Positions 52,191-64,000 of a stretch of 64,000 nt of DNA are shown piece by piece; the first letter of the stretch is position 1, and every line of letters begins with the position of its first letter. The position numbers and the translations under genes were made by a program. The DNA comes from Epiperipatus broadwayi. Taxonomy: Eukaryota; Animalia; Onychophora. The stretch spans positions 2,480,001 to 2,544,000 of the forward strand of contig JAQFVV010000003.1 of assembly GCA_028023455.1 (NCBI GenBank), in the 5' to 3' direction. The notes beneath the pieces are model-generated. The model did not search any database and was not told the DNA's origin. It worked only from the letters and a program-made list of their open reading frames with translations.

Positions 52191-55100
52191 AGGTTTGTTT
52201 GTTTGTATATATATTGTAATGGTATACAATATGCCATTACATTAATTTAAAATTAAAATAAAAACTTAAGTTCGTAAATAAAAACTAAAAGCTAAAAAAA
52301 TTAAAGAGTTGTTAAACATATATATATTCGCACAGATACAAAACTTTAAAAGTATTTTTTTTTTTAAATTTAAAAAAAAAGTATTTGAACGTACTTTTTT
52401 ATAAAAAAAAGGTAAAGATCTAAATATAAAATATTTTTAGTAAAAAGTAACATAAATGAAAAAGATTCCTATGTAATCTCAGTAAATGGAAATGATTGTG
52501 TTATTAATTATCAAAAAGCAAACTAGCCCTTGGGGCTCTTATATAAAAAAGTCAGATGAAAGATATAGATAAGAGAACAAAAAAAATTAGATGTCCAATA
52601 GAAGCAGCAACCAACGCTCAGACCTTAATGAAAATTTGGAACAGGAAACCATGTTCAGTGAATCCAGACGATTGGTATAAAAAGAAAAAATATTCAAATT
52701 AAAACAGTTCCAGCTTGATTTTTTTTTGAGATGGGTGATAAGATGCACTTTTCACCCTCTCTTTTATTTCAAATGAAATGACTGATGAATTATGAATGGT
52801 ACTATTGCAGATCCTGAATCATATGGGTTCTGCAATAAAATAGTACCAGGATTGAACCAGCTAAGGCCACCTCCAGAATAACAGACTGGTCTTCCAATAA
52901 AGACTTCATGGGAATTGGCATCAGGAACCAGGACTCTTCTACTGTAAGATATAAACTGTAAAATTTAAAAGTAATTAAGAACTTTTATCAAGATTTGACA
53001 AGCTTTTAATAATCAACTAAACCTAATTTTTAAAATGAACTTTTATCTAACTTTTAAGATTTCAAAATCAATTAATAATGTTTAATTTTATATATTTGAG
53101 TTTGCTAATTTAATCATTTCCATTTGTTTTTTATTAATATTTATTGACTAAATTATATAAATGTTAAATTTAAGTCGGGCATGAATGGCTGCATAGATTT
53201 GTAAAGTTATATTAATTAATTAAGGGAGGGTTAATCTTAGGTTATTTGTTTCATAGTTAAATTGGGTTAATCGATTGGATATATTGGTGTAATTAGTAAA
53301 TGTAGCATGAGATCTGCTACATGCAGGATATTATACGCTGCACTTGGGCAAAATAAATCCCATTTCTCACCGACCATTGGAAGCAGATGGTATTCCCTGC
53401 TCCTTGGATCACCCCTTTAGCCTATGGAATGGGATAGTAAGATGGAAAATGCAGTCCCTTCCTATGGAGTTTTTTTTTTGTTCTTCTCACCAGACAGATG
53501 TACCATTCCTGTACTGGATGAGAGTCAATGTCTTCTATAACCATGCTGTTCAGATGTGCATTCCTGACAGTATGGTATTGTGCTGTCGTATTCATGCTGC
53601 ATTGAATACATCGATATATCAGATAGATTGGTGTTGGTTTGAATGTGAACTTTTGGCCTAAGGTTAAATAAGGGATAGAATATTTTCTTTTCAAATGCAA
53701 TCTATGTAGTTTATTCCTACTTGACACTCTAATAAAATATTATTAAATTCATCTGTGCAGATTGTTTAAAATAAAAATTTAAATTTAAAAATTAATAACC
53801 AATCTAAAATAATAAATGTTATTCCTAAATTTTATTTATATGTGCATTAATAAATGTTTGTGTGTTAATTACTGGCAGTGGCTTATTTCATTTTTTTTTA
53901 AATATTAATATACTTTTTTTAAGCAAGTTTTATATTAAATCTCTGCATCTCCATGAGCTAGTGGCATGGGCTGATGGTCGGAATAAAATACATATGTAAA
54001 AGTTAGATCTTAACAGTGTGTATCTGCCTACTCTATAAATTTTCCAGGTTCAAATAGCCTGGTGGCACCCTGTAGTGCAGATATTATAAGACTCCACCTT
54101 TTCCCCAACCATTATAATATGTTAATCCCTTTAGTTTGATTTTCACTTGAGAAGGTCTATTTGTAGTAGATGAAACCATGGTTGTGTAAGGATTTTGGTA
54201 AAATTTTGGATTTAATCTAGTATTGTATTGTTTTATAGTTTTGTATTTTTATTTTTTACTAGTATAGTGTTAGGCAGTTTTGTGTTATATGTATATATAA
54301 ATTAGTAATCAATGTCTGTATTTCAATTATAAACAAATATAAATAATTCTTTGAAAAACAATACAATAATTAATAAAGTAAATAATATTTTAAAAACAAA
54401 TATCTACTATAATTTAATAGAAATACTTTTGACTATCTAAGTAGTCATTATCAATTATATTCAAATTCAGTTACAAAAAAACGTTATAAATGTCTACAAA
54501 AACAATTACGTCATACATCAATTTTCCCACAATTCATTAATTTTTATATTAGCATCTTGTCTATTTATCAAATGCTGCTTTTTGTTTCCTATTAACATAG
54601 CTATGTAAGCTGAAAAACATACTGAGTGACCTTATTATCATTTTACAGTATTTTTAGAATTTTATGGAGCATCATAAAAATATAAGCAATATATGTGCTG
54701 ATGGATGGTTGTGATATAATGAAGCTAAGCTGAACACTTGAAAATATATATTACAATGCAATGATTGTACATTCTTCCATGACATGTTAAAAGTGAATAG
54801 AAATCTTGCTTGAGAGTTGTGTAGGTAAAAGTAACAAACTGTCAAAATGAGCATAGAGATTTAGATGCTGATACCTCTATAAAAACAGACATTATTCATT
54901 AATTAGATTTGAAATGTATATTTTAGCTAGGGATAATCTTTAGTCTAATAAATAATTAGTAGTAATCATAAAAATATTTATATAAAATAGTTTGTGTCAA
55001 AGATATGAATGCAAAAAGTTTGATATTTGTAAATCAATCTGTAGTAATTTTTTGATTGTAAATACTGATTAAATAACAAAGATATGTATAAGAAATTGTG

Positions 55101-55140
55101 ATCTGTGTCAATTTATGAGTGCTGGTTCAGCATAAAATCC
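55101..55140 (+). ncRNA. Family-B hammerhead relic (core decayed)
   Basis: ATCTGTGTCAA-TTTATGA-GTGCT GGTTC AGCAT-AAAA matches the family-B consensus outside the mutated core. Confidence 0.45.
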
Positions 55141-55258
55141 CAATCTTAAGTATTATATATCTTCACATTTCTTTGGTTGTATGTTTTAGGATTTTATGAT
55201 GGATTAGAAATTTGATATATATTATGATATATTAGAAATTTGATATATATATATATAT

Positions 55259-58208
55259 TGTAATGCTAGTGAGAGAAATGTTATAAAACCTACATATATC
55301 TGCATTACATATTTCATAATTTTTAAAAAAAATTAATTATGATCAAATTTATTTGAAATTATAATTAAAGTCACAATTATTTAAGTAGTTTTAAAAACAT
55401 AGTTTTGTAAAAATAAAAATAAATATTGCGTATATTTTTTTTTTTAAAAGAGAATAAAACTATTTATTAAAAGCAGGTGGGAAAAAGAATTAGAAAACAA
55501 AAGAGATTTATAAACTCTCTTCTTTTTAAAGAAATGTTAAAATGTTAAAAGTAAATGTGTACAAATAAATTTTAGTAGAAATCAAAAATAAAAAGATTAA
55601 TTAATTAATTTGAAATGCTAGTAAATTTTTGATTGATAATAAAATCAAAACCAATAATTGTAATAATTAGAAACTATGTAAACTATCTCATAAAAGTCAT
55701 AATAGATTAATCTAAGAAAAAAATTAGATCATGTGCAATGTAAAAATCAATCAGATTAATGAAATGTAATTTAATTTTAAAAAAACAGATTCAAGTTACA
55801 AATAAAATATTTAAAAATAAAAATAGAATTTGTTTTATAAGAGTTAGTAATGAAAAAAACTAATCTGTAATAGAGCCAAAACAAAAATGGGGGTTCAAAA
55901 TAATATAGAGGAAATAATAATTACTAAGAAGTTATGTATTGAGCTTAATATAATAAGCTTACTAATGTTTAGATATTAAACTTAGTTAAAAGCAAGATAT
56001 TAAAACTAGTTAAAGCCAAAAGATATAAAATTATGTCTAAAAAGTATTTAAACACAACAAGAATATATTTTATTTGGAGAGACCTAGTTCAAATGTCATC
56101 CAATGTGGATAATGAAGTGCCATAAATTAAACCAGCATAATAAAAGTTAAAAAAGTAAAATCATAACTAAAATTTAAAAAAACAATTTCAAAACTAAAAT
56201 TTAAATTAAACACTAAATTGCATAGATAATAAAAGTTAAAATCAGTGAGCAGTGTGAGAAGAGAAATGAACCAAAACAAGCAAATTATATTATTATGTAT
56301 ATAAGACAATTAATAATAGTTAAAAATATAATGTAAATAAAAAGGAGAAAGAAGAAAATATGGTCAGAGATAAATAATTTATTATTGGGGATTGTTTATA
56401 GTCAATGGGAATTAGGACTGGGTTGGTTTTTTTTTTTTTTTTTTGGAGTTAGTCGAACACTTCATTCAATTTAAAATAGTTAAAAATTATGAAAATAAAA
56501 GAACTGCTTCACAAAGATTAAGGGGTTAGAATTTATATTAATCTGATACATTTTTTTTTTTAAAAAAAAAAGGGAAAAGTTTATTGTACATGGATTACAG
56601 AAATGGAAATAAAGTTAAATAAATAAAATAAAATATTTTTTTTTAAGAATTAATAACATAAAGGAAATAGAGTAAAATAAAATTATTTTAGAGAAATAAT
56701 ACCCAAAAATGGAAATAAAAAAATAGTTAAATGGAAGTACAATGAGAATTTATCACTTAGAGTAAAGTAAAAGTTTTAGAGTAAATATATGATAATAAAA
56801 TAAAAGTTTTTTTTTTTTTGTAGAGAATCAAAATACATTGAATAAAGCCTAGAATAAATAAAATGAAATCTATGATAAAAAGTAAATAAAGTGGTGCAAA
56901 ATAATCTCTTAAGTGTAGATTATGTGTAGGTTGATAGAGTCATGGAGGGAGGGGAAATGTGCAGATAATATTGAGGAGGGGGTATTAAATGTAGGCTGTT
57001 GCTGTGTGACCTTAAGACCTGTAATAGACAAGAAAATGGGAGAGTTTTTTGATAAAATGAGGATCCAGCAGAAAGGATCTGAGTCAATCCACCATTCTAG
57101 GAGAAGTCATCCTAGTCTCTTATCTAAAAAATATGCACACTGGAAAAATAGATCCAGCATAAACTGTAAATCAGTTCATTGGAAAAAAATTTCCAACATG
57201 TTGTAATAAGCCTTGTTTTTAGCATAACCCAAATGATCAGTAGATGAATACTGCCATTAACAGTGACTCTGTATTTTAAGATGCAGTCCCAAAGGAGAAA
57301 TTCCTGAGCTTATTTAATCCACTGAAAGAGAAATTCCCAGTAAATTGATAAATAATTTAAGTATTTTTTTTGTTGTGTAAGTCAGATATAAGCCAGATGT
57401 ATTCTGCCAATTGCAGCATTCACCCTCTTTGTACACATTGGAAAAATGCATGTTGTCCCTCATGATAATCACAAATGATATAATCATTACCAGCCAATGT
57501 AGATTATAGCCTATGAGATGAAGCAGCATAAAAAGTCACCTTCTGTGGTTTGTTTATCTGTATGCAATCCAAAGCTTATTTTAGATAAATAAAAATGAAT
57601 ATAAAAATCAAATGATAAAGCTAAAAATAAAAGTTGAAAATAAGATGTCAGGGCTAAAATGGGTCAAATTGATCCATTTTACTTTTCAAATGGAGAGAGG
57701 TGTGATGTAACACTATTGAGAAATATATGCTATATTTTTTTTTAAATTAATTATAATCAAATTTATTTGAAAGAATAGTTAAAGACATAATTATTTAAGT
57801 AGTTTTAAAAATGTAGTTTTGTACAAATAAAAAGATTGAGTATATTTTTCTTTTAAAAGAGAATAAAACTATTTATTAAAAGCAAGTGGAAAAAAGAATT
57901 AGAATTTTAAAAAAAAGAGAGTAAACTCTCTCCTTAATGAAATGTTAAAATTTTAAAAATAAATGTGTACAAATAAATTTTAGTAGAAATCAAAAATAAA
58001 AAGATTAATTAATTAATATGGAATGCTAGTAAGATATTTGATTGATAATAAAATTGAAATCGATAATTGTAATAATTAAAAACTATGTAAACTATCTCAT
58101 AAAAGCAATAGTAGATTACTCTAAGAAAAAGATTAGATAACATGCAATGTAAAAATCAATTAGATTAACAAAATGTAAAAATTAATTTTAAAAAACATTC
58201 AAGTTACA
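55259..58208 (+). mobile_element. Internally deleted LTR retroelement relic with ~500-540-bp LTRs
   Basis: Direct repeats 55259-55800 and 57706-58208, each TGTAA(T/C)...GTTACA. Purine tract GGAGAGAGG at 57692-57700 before the second. Weak integrase C-terminal-like codons (GEVILV...TGKIDPA*T) at ~57095-57280. No clean TSD. Confidence 0.65.
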
Positions 58209-58629
58209 ATCAAAATTAAAAAATAATGATAAAAAATTAAAACAATGTGAGAGGAAAAAGTATAAAAAGTCACAACTCTCTATTATTATTAGACTAGTCT
58301 TCAATCTGTAATTCAGTCCAGTCTGCATTTTGTGATCAAGTTATTCAGCTTTTTCCACTCTTTAGTCTGTAAGTCATTCTGGTCTTCTTTTTGTGATTGA
58401 TTCATTACATTATTTATTGCTCCAGTGATTCAGAAATCTAATGATGAATAGAATCATTCATTATTGCTGTGGAAAATATTACTGCAGAAGCCACAGATCT
58501 AGCAACATGTGGTACTAGATTGCTTTAGAAGTGTTTGACTGGGTTTCCAGCTTCAAAGTCATCCTAAAATCATCTGAACTCTCATTGGAAACTGATGTCA
58601 AAATGGTAAAATAGAAATTTCCACAAACA

Positions 58630-58735
58630 CTCTCTCTCTTTCCCTCTCTCCCCCTCCCTCCCCCTCCCTCCCTCCCTCCCTCCCCCCTTCCCCTCCCTCT
58701 CCCTCTCCCTCTCTCTCTCCCTCCCTCCCTCTCTT

Positions 58736-58769
<34 letters not shown>

Positions 58770-58787
58770 CCTCCCTCTCTCCCTCCT
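58630..58787. repeat. (TC)n/(TCCC)n polypyrimidine tract
   Basis: Read directly; explains the ER/GR-rich ORFs at 58515-58912. Confidence 0.95.
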
Positions 58788-59536
58788 TGCCAAGACAAAA
58801 AAAATGGAAAACAAGTTTTGAAACCACTGGTGGAGATCAAAACAGCAAAAAATTGGAAATTGACAATCATGAAAACCTGGGTAAATATATTTTGATTACT
58901 GTCTATAGACAATTTATTTTTAAATGAAATGAACTTTAATAAATGAATGACTATTGTAAAAATTAGCCTGATTAATTTACTTATATTTCTTTATGTAAAA
59001 TATTAGATTGTTATATTATATATGTGTGCTTGAATAAATATTAATGTTTTTTTAAATATTATTTGGTCTATTTTCTCTCTCTTTCTCTCTTGTCATTGTG
59101 GCACCATGAATTTAAAGTTATAAACAATTGTATATGTTAAGTTAAATGTGCTGGACCCCTGATATAGAGTACGAGCTAGCTTGAAATATGTCAAGAACTG
59201 GCTTGTATGCCTGTCATCTGAAGCATGCCAACTATATAATATATGGTTGGGTAGTGCCTGAGTTTTATTCTCAAAATAAATAAAATACTTTGGATGACAG
59301 GGGTTTGCCCCAGCAATCAAGGTGAGCCATGATCAGAAAATGTCATGTTATGATCTGTATAGCCCAATATGGCTGTGGGTATCATTGGTGGTTATGTTCT
59401 CAATGATATTTTCTTCTCTGCTTGAAGGAATGGTATGTTCCTATAGTTTTAAAGCCAAAAGATAAAAGGTCTTATTTTACAAGGTATTTTAAACCTGACT
59501 AATATCGTAAATTTTTGGGGAACCTGGTTTAATACA

Positions 59537-60190
59537 TATATTGTAGCAGAATAAAAAGTGAGCCATGAAAGAATGGTCCTGGTTTAATAACAACTTGTGA
59601 ATTGCAATGCCATTTGTAACAGAATAAAAGTGAGGATATGCTCTTCTCTTAATGCTTCACAGATTTGGGAGCCTATTGTAACTGAATAACTATAATGGCC
59701 ATGTGAAATGAAAGCGAATATAATCTGTTAAAAATATAGTCCAATCATTGGTTACCATTTGTAACTGAAAAAATATGAGACATACCTTATCCTTAGTCAT
59801 GGTCTAATTACTGATTACCATTTACAACAGAATAAAAACATGAACCAAGGAAAAATAATTCTAATTTATTAATGCCCATGAATTATAGCAACATTTGGAA
59901 CAGAATAAAATTAATAAACCAAGTTAAAATGAATATCAATCAATGAATATCAATCAATGAATAACAATCTAACACTTAAGTTAATAAAACAATAATAAAT
60001 AATCTTTGTTGTAATTTCTTAGATTCCAACACCATTTAAAATGAATAAAAAATAAATAAAATTATTATGTCAAGCTATCCTTAAATATAAGCATTATTTG
60101 CATTAGACTAAAAATAAAGCAATAAAACTAAATATGACTATTTTATAAAAAATATATGTTTATTATATAGATCCCTTATAATAGAATAAA
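59537..60190 (+). repeat. Irregularly spaced ~20-nt motif array (CCATTTGTAACAGAATAAAA-like)
   Basis: Variants at ~59540, 59611, 59673, 59755, 59818, 59891, 60031, 60174. Confidence 0.6.
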
Positions 60191-60499
60191 AATGATGACA
60201 AAGAATTAGGCAAATAAACCTTAATATTCCTTATGAGTTAAAACATTGTTTATAACAATGCAATATTGTACCAGATACTCAATCTATTCTGATCGCAGAG
60301 AGCACCACCAGATCACTACATATCTGGAAAATTTATTTACTATGATCGGAATGGATGATGATGATAGTTTGCACTGACTAAACTCAGGGACAAACAAAAG
60401 ATCTTAAAATTGTTTAGACAATTGAGCAACAAAAGCACTAAGACAAACATCAGCCAAATTAAGCTTAAACATATTTAAAAAATTTTATTTAAGAGAAAA

Positions 60500-61330
60500 T
60501 AAATTGTGAAGTATAAGTTTATGACATAAGAAATAGGGTTAGCTCAGGCATGTACCAGAAAGACTAAATGCAATGCTCTGGCAGACCTACTGATCTTCTA
60601 ATAACAAATTAAAAAGGGAGGAAGCAATTTCATTCAGCAGAAGATTCACCCAAACATTGGCTTTCCCATTCAGATATTTAAACAATACGTTCTCAAAATA
60701 AATCAATGAAACCAGCACCGGTGAGCTTTTTGAGGTCAGAAAAATGTGTCGAGCCCACAAATGTCATATTCTGGTAGAAGCTGCACCTATTATTACATTT
60801 AAAATAAAGATGATTGATTTACCTCGAGAACAACTGAAAATGTGATTTAAAATTAAAGGAAAACAAACAATTAAAACTGGCAAATCCCCAACCAAATGAT
60901 AGGCAAAAAACTACTCTAGGTATCATAATTAAAAATCTCAATAGGAGACAAGTAAATCATTAGAAAACTGGTTACGTCTGCCCCAGCAATTAAAGAAAAT
61001 AAATTACAAATAATTATAATTAAAAAATAAATGCTCTGATAAATTTTAAGCTACACATAAATACAAAATAAATCTATCGAGAGTGCACATGAGTATGAAA
61101 ATATGAAAGCTTTAAATACTTTAGCAGTGAAAGTCTCTCTCACCTGTAATTTCTAAAGGGATAAATATTATCTTCCTGCTGGTGACTTATAAAATTACAA
61201 AGAAAAAACAATTCTAGTTTCCACTTTCAGAGATATAAGAAATGAAGAAATGAAATCTCCACCTGTGGAAGACTAGGAAAATAAAGTCACCAGCCAAAAA
61301 ATTTTGGTGGTTTGCAAAAGTGTAAACACA
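60500..61330 (+). pseudogene. Possible ancient LINE ORF1 (gag-like) relic
   Basis: LANPQPNDRQKTTLGIIIKNL and SFHFQRYKK*...TCGRLGK*SHQPKNF...QKCKH resemble eroded triple CCHC knuckles; several Cys/His lost. Confidence 0.35.
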
Positions 61331-63448
61331 GTATTTAAAAATTAATTATTGGCTACTAAAATAATTACAGGTAAGCATTTAAAATATACATGGCTGCCAA
61401 AGCATTTATAAAAAGTTTTAGGCATAAAAATATAAAACTCACTTGTCACTCTCCAATAAACAAAAATTGAAAGCAAATTTGGAATCTTAAAACTAAGATT
61501 CCAAGACACACTACAAAATACAAGAAAACACAACAAATATTATATATGAGGCTAAATATTGCTTATGAATACAGATTTATAATTATTTTGAGCGGAGATT
61601 TAATTAAAAGAAATTTATCCTGGGAAGAATAAAAGAAAATTTTATCTTACCGAAAAGCACAGTTCACGTAGAGTGCGCTCATTTATTTTTGTCCATTTTC
61701 AGGTCCTTTGACAGTGGCAAGGTAGAAGCCATGGGATCTTGTTTATTTTAGGTGTTCATGGCAGGATTGAAGGAGAGTTGGCAGGCATGGGTCTATCCTT
61801 TTGAGTTAAACTAGCATAACATATTGTTGGTTATAAAACGTATAACAGTATATTTTGGCATCCCGGAGAAAGCCAAATTGTTTAGTATTTTGCTTTTAAA
61901 GATTAAATGTCCAAACTGCTAATGGTACAAACATTGAAGAGGTTAATCTGAATGAATATTGGAACTAAGTAGCTGAGTGACTCACTTTGATGGAGTGCTG
62001 ACTTAATCTCTCTAGGATAGAATAGAATAGATTAACCCATGAAAATTTTGGTGTTATTTATACCTCCACTCGATTTTCTATGTAAACTAGCCTTGTTGTT
62101 TAATTCTACACCTCAGGGCAGGGGAAAATCTTAATCTCCCACTCAATCCAATTTAAGAATTCTACCCAGGAATTATAAAAAAAAAAATAACACAATTAAA
62201 TCTCCGCTTTTAGTATGAGTTTACAATGATTAAAATAAAAGCAACAGGAATGTAATTAGCTAGCCAGCTTGTTTTTTAATCAGATTGATTATAAAAAAAA
62301 GTAAAAACAAGCAGAATAGAAAACTATTTTAAAAACAGTTTTATAAAAATTAAAATGATCTATTTTAAATATAAAAGAGTAGTGTTTTAATACATGTACT
62401 CTTTTTTAAATAATAATAATAAAAATTTAAACATTAAACATTCAATGAAAATTAAAAGTTTAAAATCTTTTTTAATTTTTTTTCTTTTTTTGTAATATAC
62501 CATTGAATCAGATATCAATCCGGTTCAATACAATACTACATAAAATAATTGCTAACTTATCTCTCAACTTTCATCAAACTTGCAGCATTATAAAATAAAA
62601 TCGTATTAGATAACATTAAAATGTATAATATCCAATCACATCAATATATAAAATAAGTGATAGATTCCTATTTAATGCTTATTCAAACACAACTGACAAA
62701 TCATATCCATTTACTCTTCAATTTAATAAAGCTAAGTTGTTAAAAGTTTAGACTATAATCATCAAAACATGTGAAGAATTATTAGTGTTTATTATAATCA
62801 AATATTAATATTAAAATTTAATATCTAAACTAAATTTATGATCCACATCAAGGAACTTTAAATATAAGTAAGGCAAATCATTAATTTGTAATTAGAATAA
62901 AATATATTACTATTATCAGCTCTATAATAATAAAATTACGATTTTTATGGTTGTATACTGACAATATAATATTCACTTTAATCATTAATGGCATAAAAAT
63001 AAAATATGCAATCATTTTATTGCAACTAGCTTTACTTACCTTTGATAATTGCCATATTTATATTTTGATCAATCATCAAATCAATTCATATATAATTTCC
63101 ATCTTAATATAACTGTTACTTGTTACTAAAAATAATTACAATATGCTTCTAATTACTTATTAAATATTTAAGAATATCAAATCAATTTATTGCTATATAA
63201 AAATCTATACTTGTTAGATAAATACAAAGAAAATGATATGTAATTATATCTTCTTACTTAACATGTAGATTGGGTTCTGAATTATTTTGTAACTGATTCT
63301 AATGAATTATGTGATGTAATCAATTAGTGAATATTGTCTCATTCAAATATGATTAACCAATAAATTTGTACTGTAAAATTGAATGGCAACCATGCAAGTT
63401 TACTGTTTTAAATTAATTCAAAATTTATTAACAAATAAATATAAATTA

Positions 63449-63456
<8 letters not shown>

Positions 63457-63500
<44 letters not shown>
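63457..63500. repeat. (TA)n microsatellite
   Basis: Read directly. Confidence 0.95.
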
Positions 63501-63501
<1 letters not shown>

Positions 63502-64000
63502 CAAGTAAATATTTAAAATATATACATATGATTCAATTATGCTTTATTAAATAGGTTTTTCAATTGACATTAATTCTTATAAATTAAATATGTGATTGTG
63601 TATCCAAACTTCACCTATGAAATGCTTAAACTAAAAATGTTTATTTATCCCCTTTACCTACCCATTTGAATTCACAAAAAATTAAGAATAAATTTTAAAT
63701 AAATTCTAATTTATTACAATAAATAACAAATATATATAATTTTTAAAATAAATATAAAGAATTAATAACTATAAAATAGTCATTACCACAAAAAATAATT
63801 AAAGAAAGGAATTTTAATTTTATATATCTTTATTTTTAATTTCACAAACTCTCAATTTTGAAAATATATAAATACAATTTCATAGACACTCATCACATTC
63901 TCATAAAATCAAAAAAATAATATATAAATACTATATTACAATTTTTTAATTAATTTAATTTCTTTTTTTACACTCTATTTTATTTTTATTTTATATTAAT

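Noticed and set aside
59537-60190. CRISPR array interpretation
   Set aside because: Eukaryotic context, repeats too degenerate and short, spacing irregular, and no cas genes. The 105-bp LTR array is likewise an ordinary tandem repeat.

Overview
This is a very AT-rich, CpG-depleted eukaryotic (probably invertebrate) genomic window. I can support no host protein-coding gene; most ORFs in the track are microsatellite artefacts or decayed transposon fragments. Recognisable elements: (i) a full-length but decayed L1/Tx1-like LINE (16249-22106, minus) with (TAA)n on both sides and a TAATG ORF1/ORF2 stop-start; (ii) a gag-less Gypsy LTR element (~27653-37299) with ~2.3-kb LTRs carrying 105/40-bp tandem arrays, and a second, 5'-truncated LINE inserted into its 5' LTR; (iii) two further LTR relics; (iv) a Penelope GIY-YIG fragment; (v) long microsatellites, including ~1.36 kb of (GATA)n. 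The main observation, read by eye, is a set of small (0.28-1.16 kb) fold-back insertions. Five have 11-14-bp target-site duplications and a sixth has a tentative 9-bp one. They share an asymmetric inverted-arm architecture and carry type I hammerhead-ribozyme motifs from four sequence families (labelled A-D here), about 15 motifs in total including relics. They look like Penelope-type pseudo-LTR or retrozyme-like retroelements. Ribozyme activity and all family assignments are inferred, not computed.
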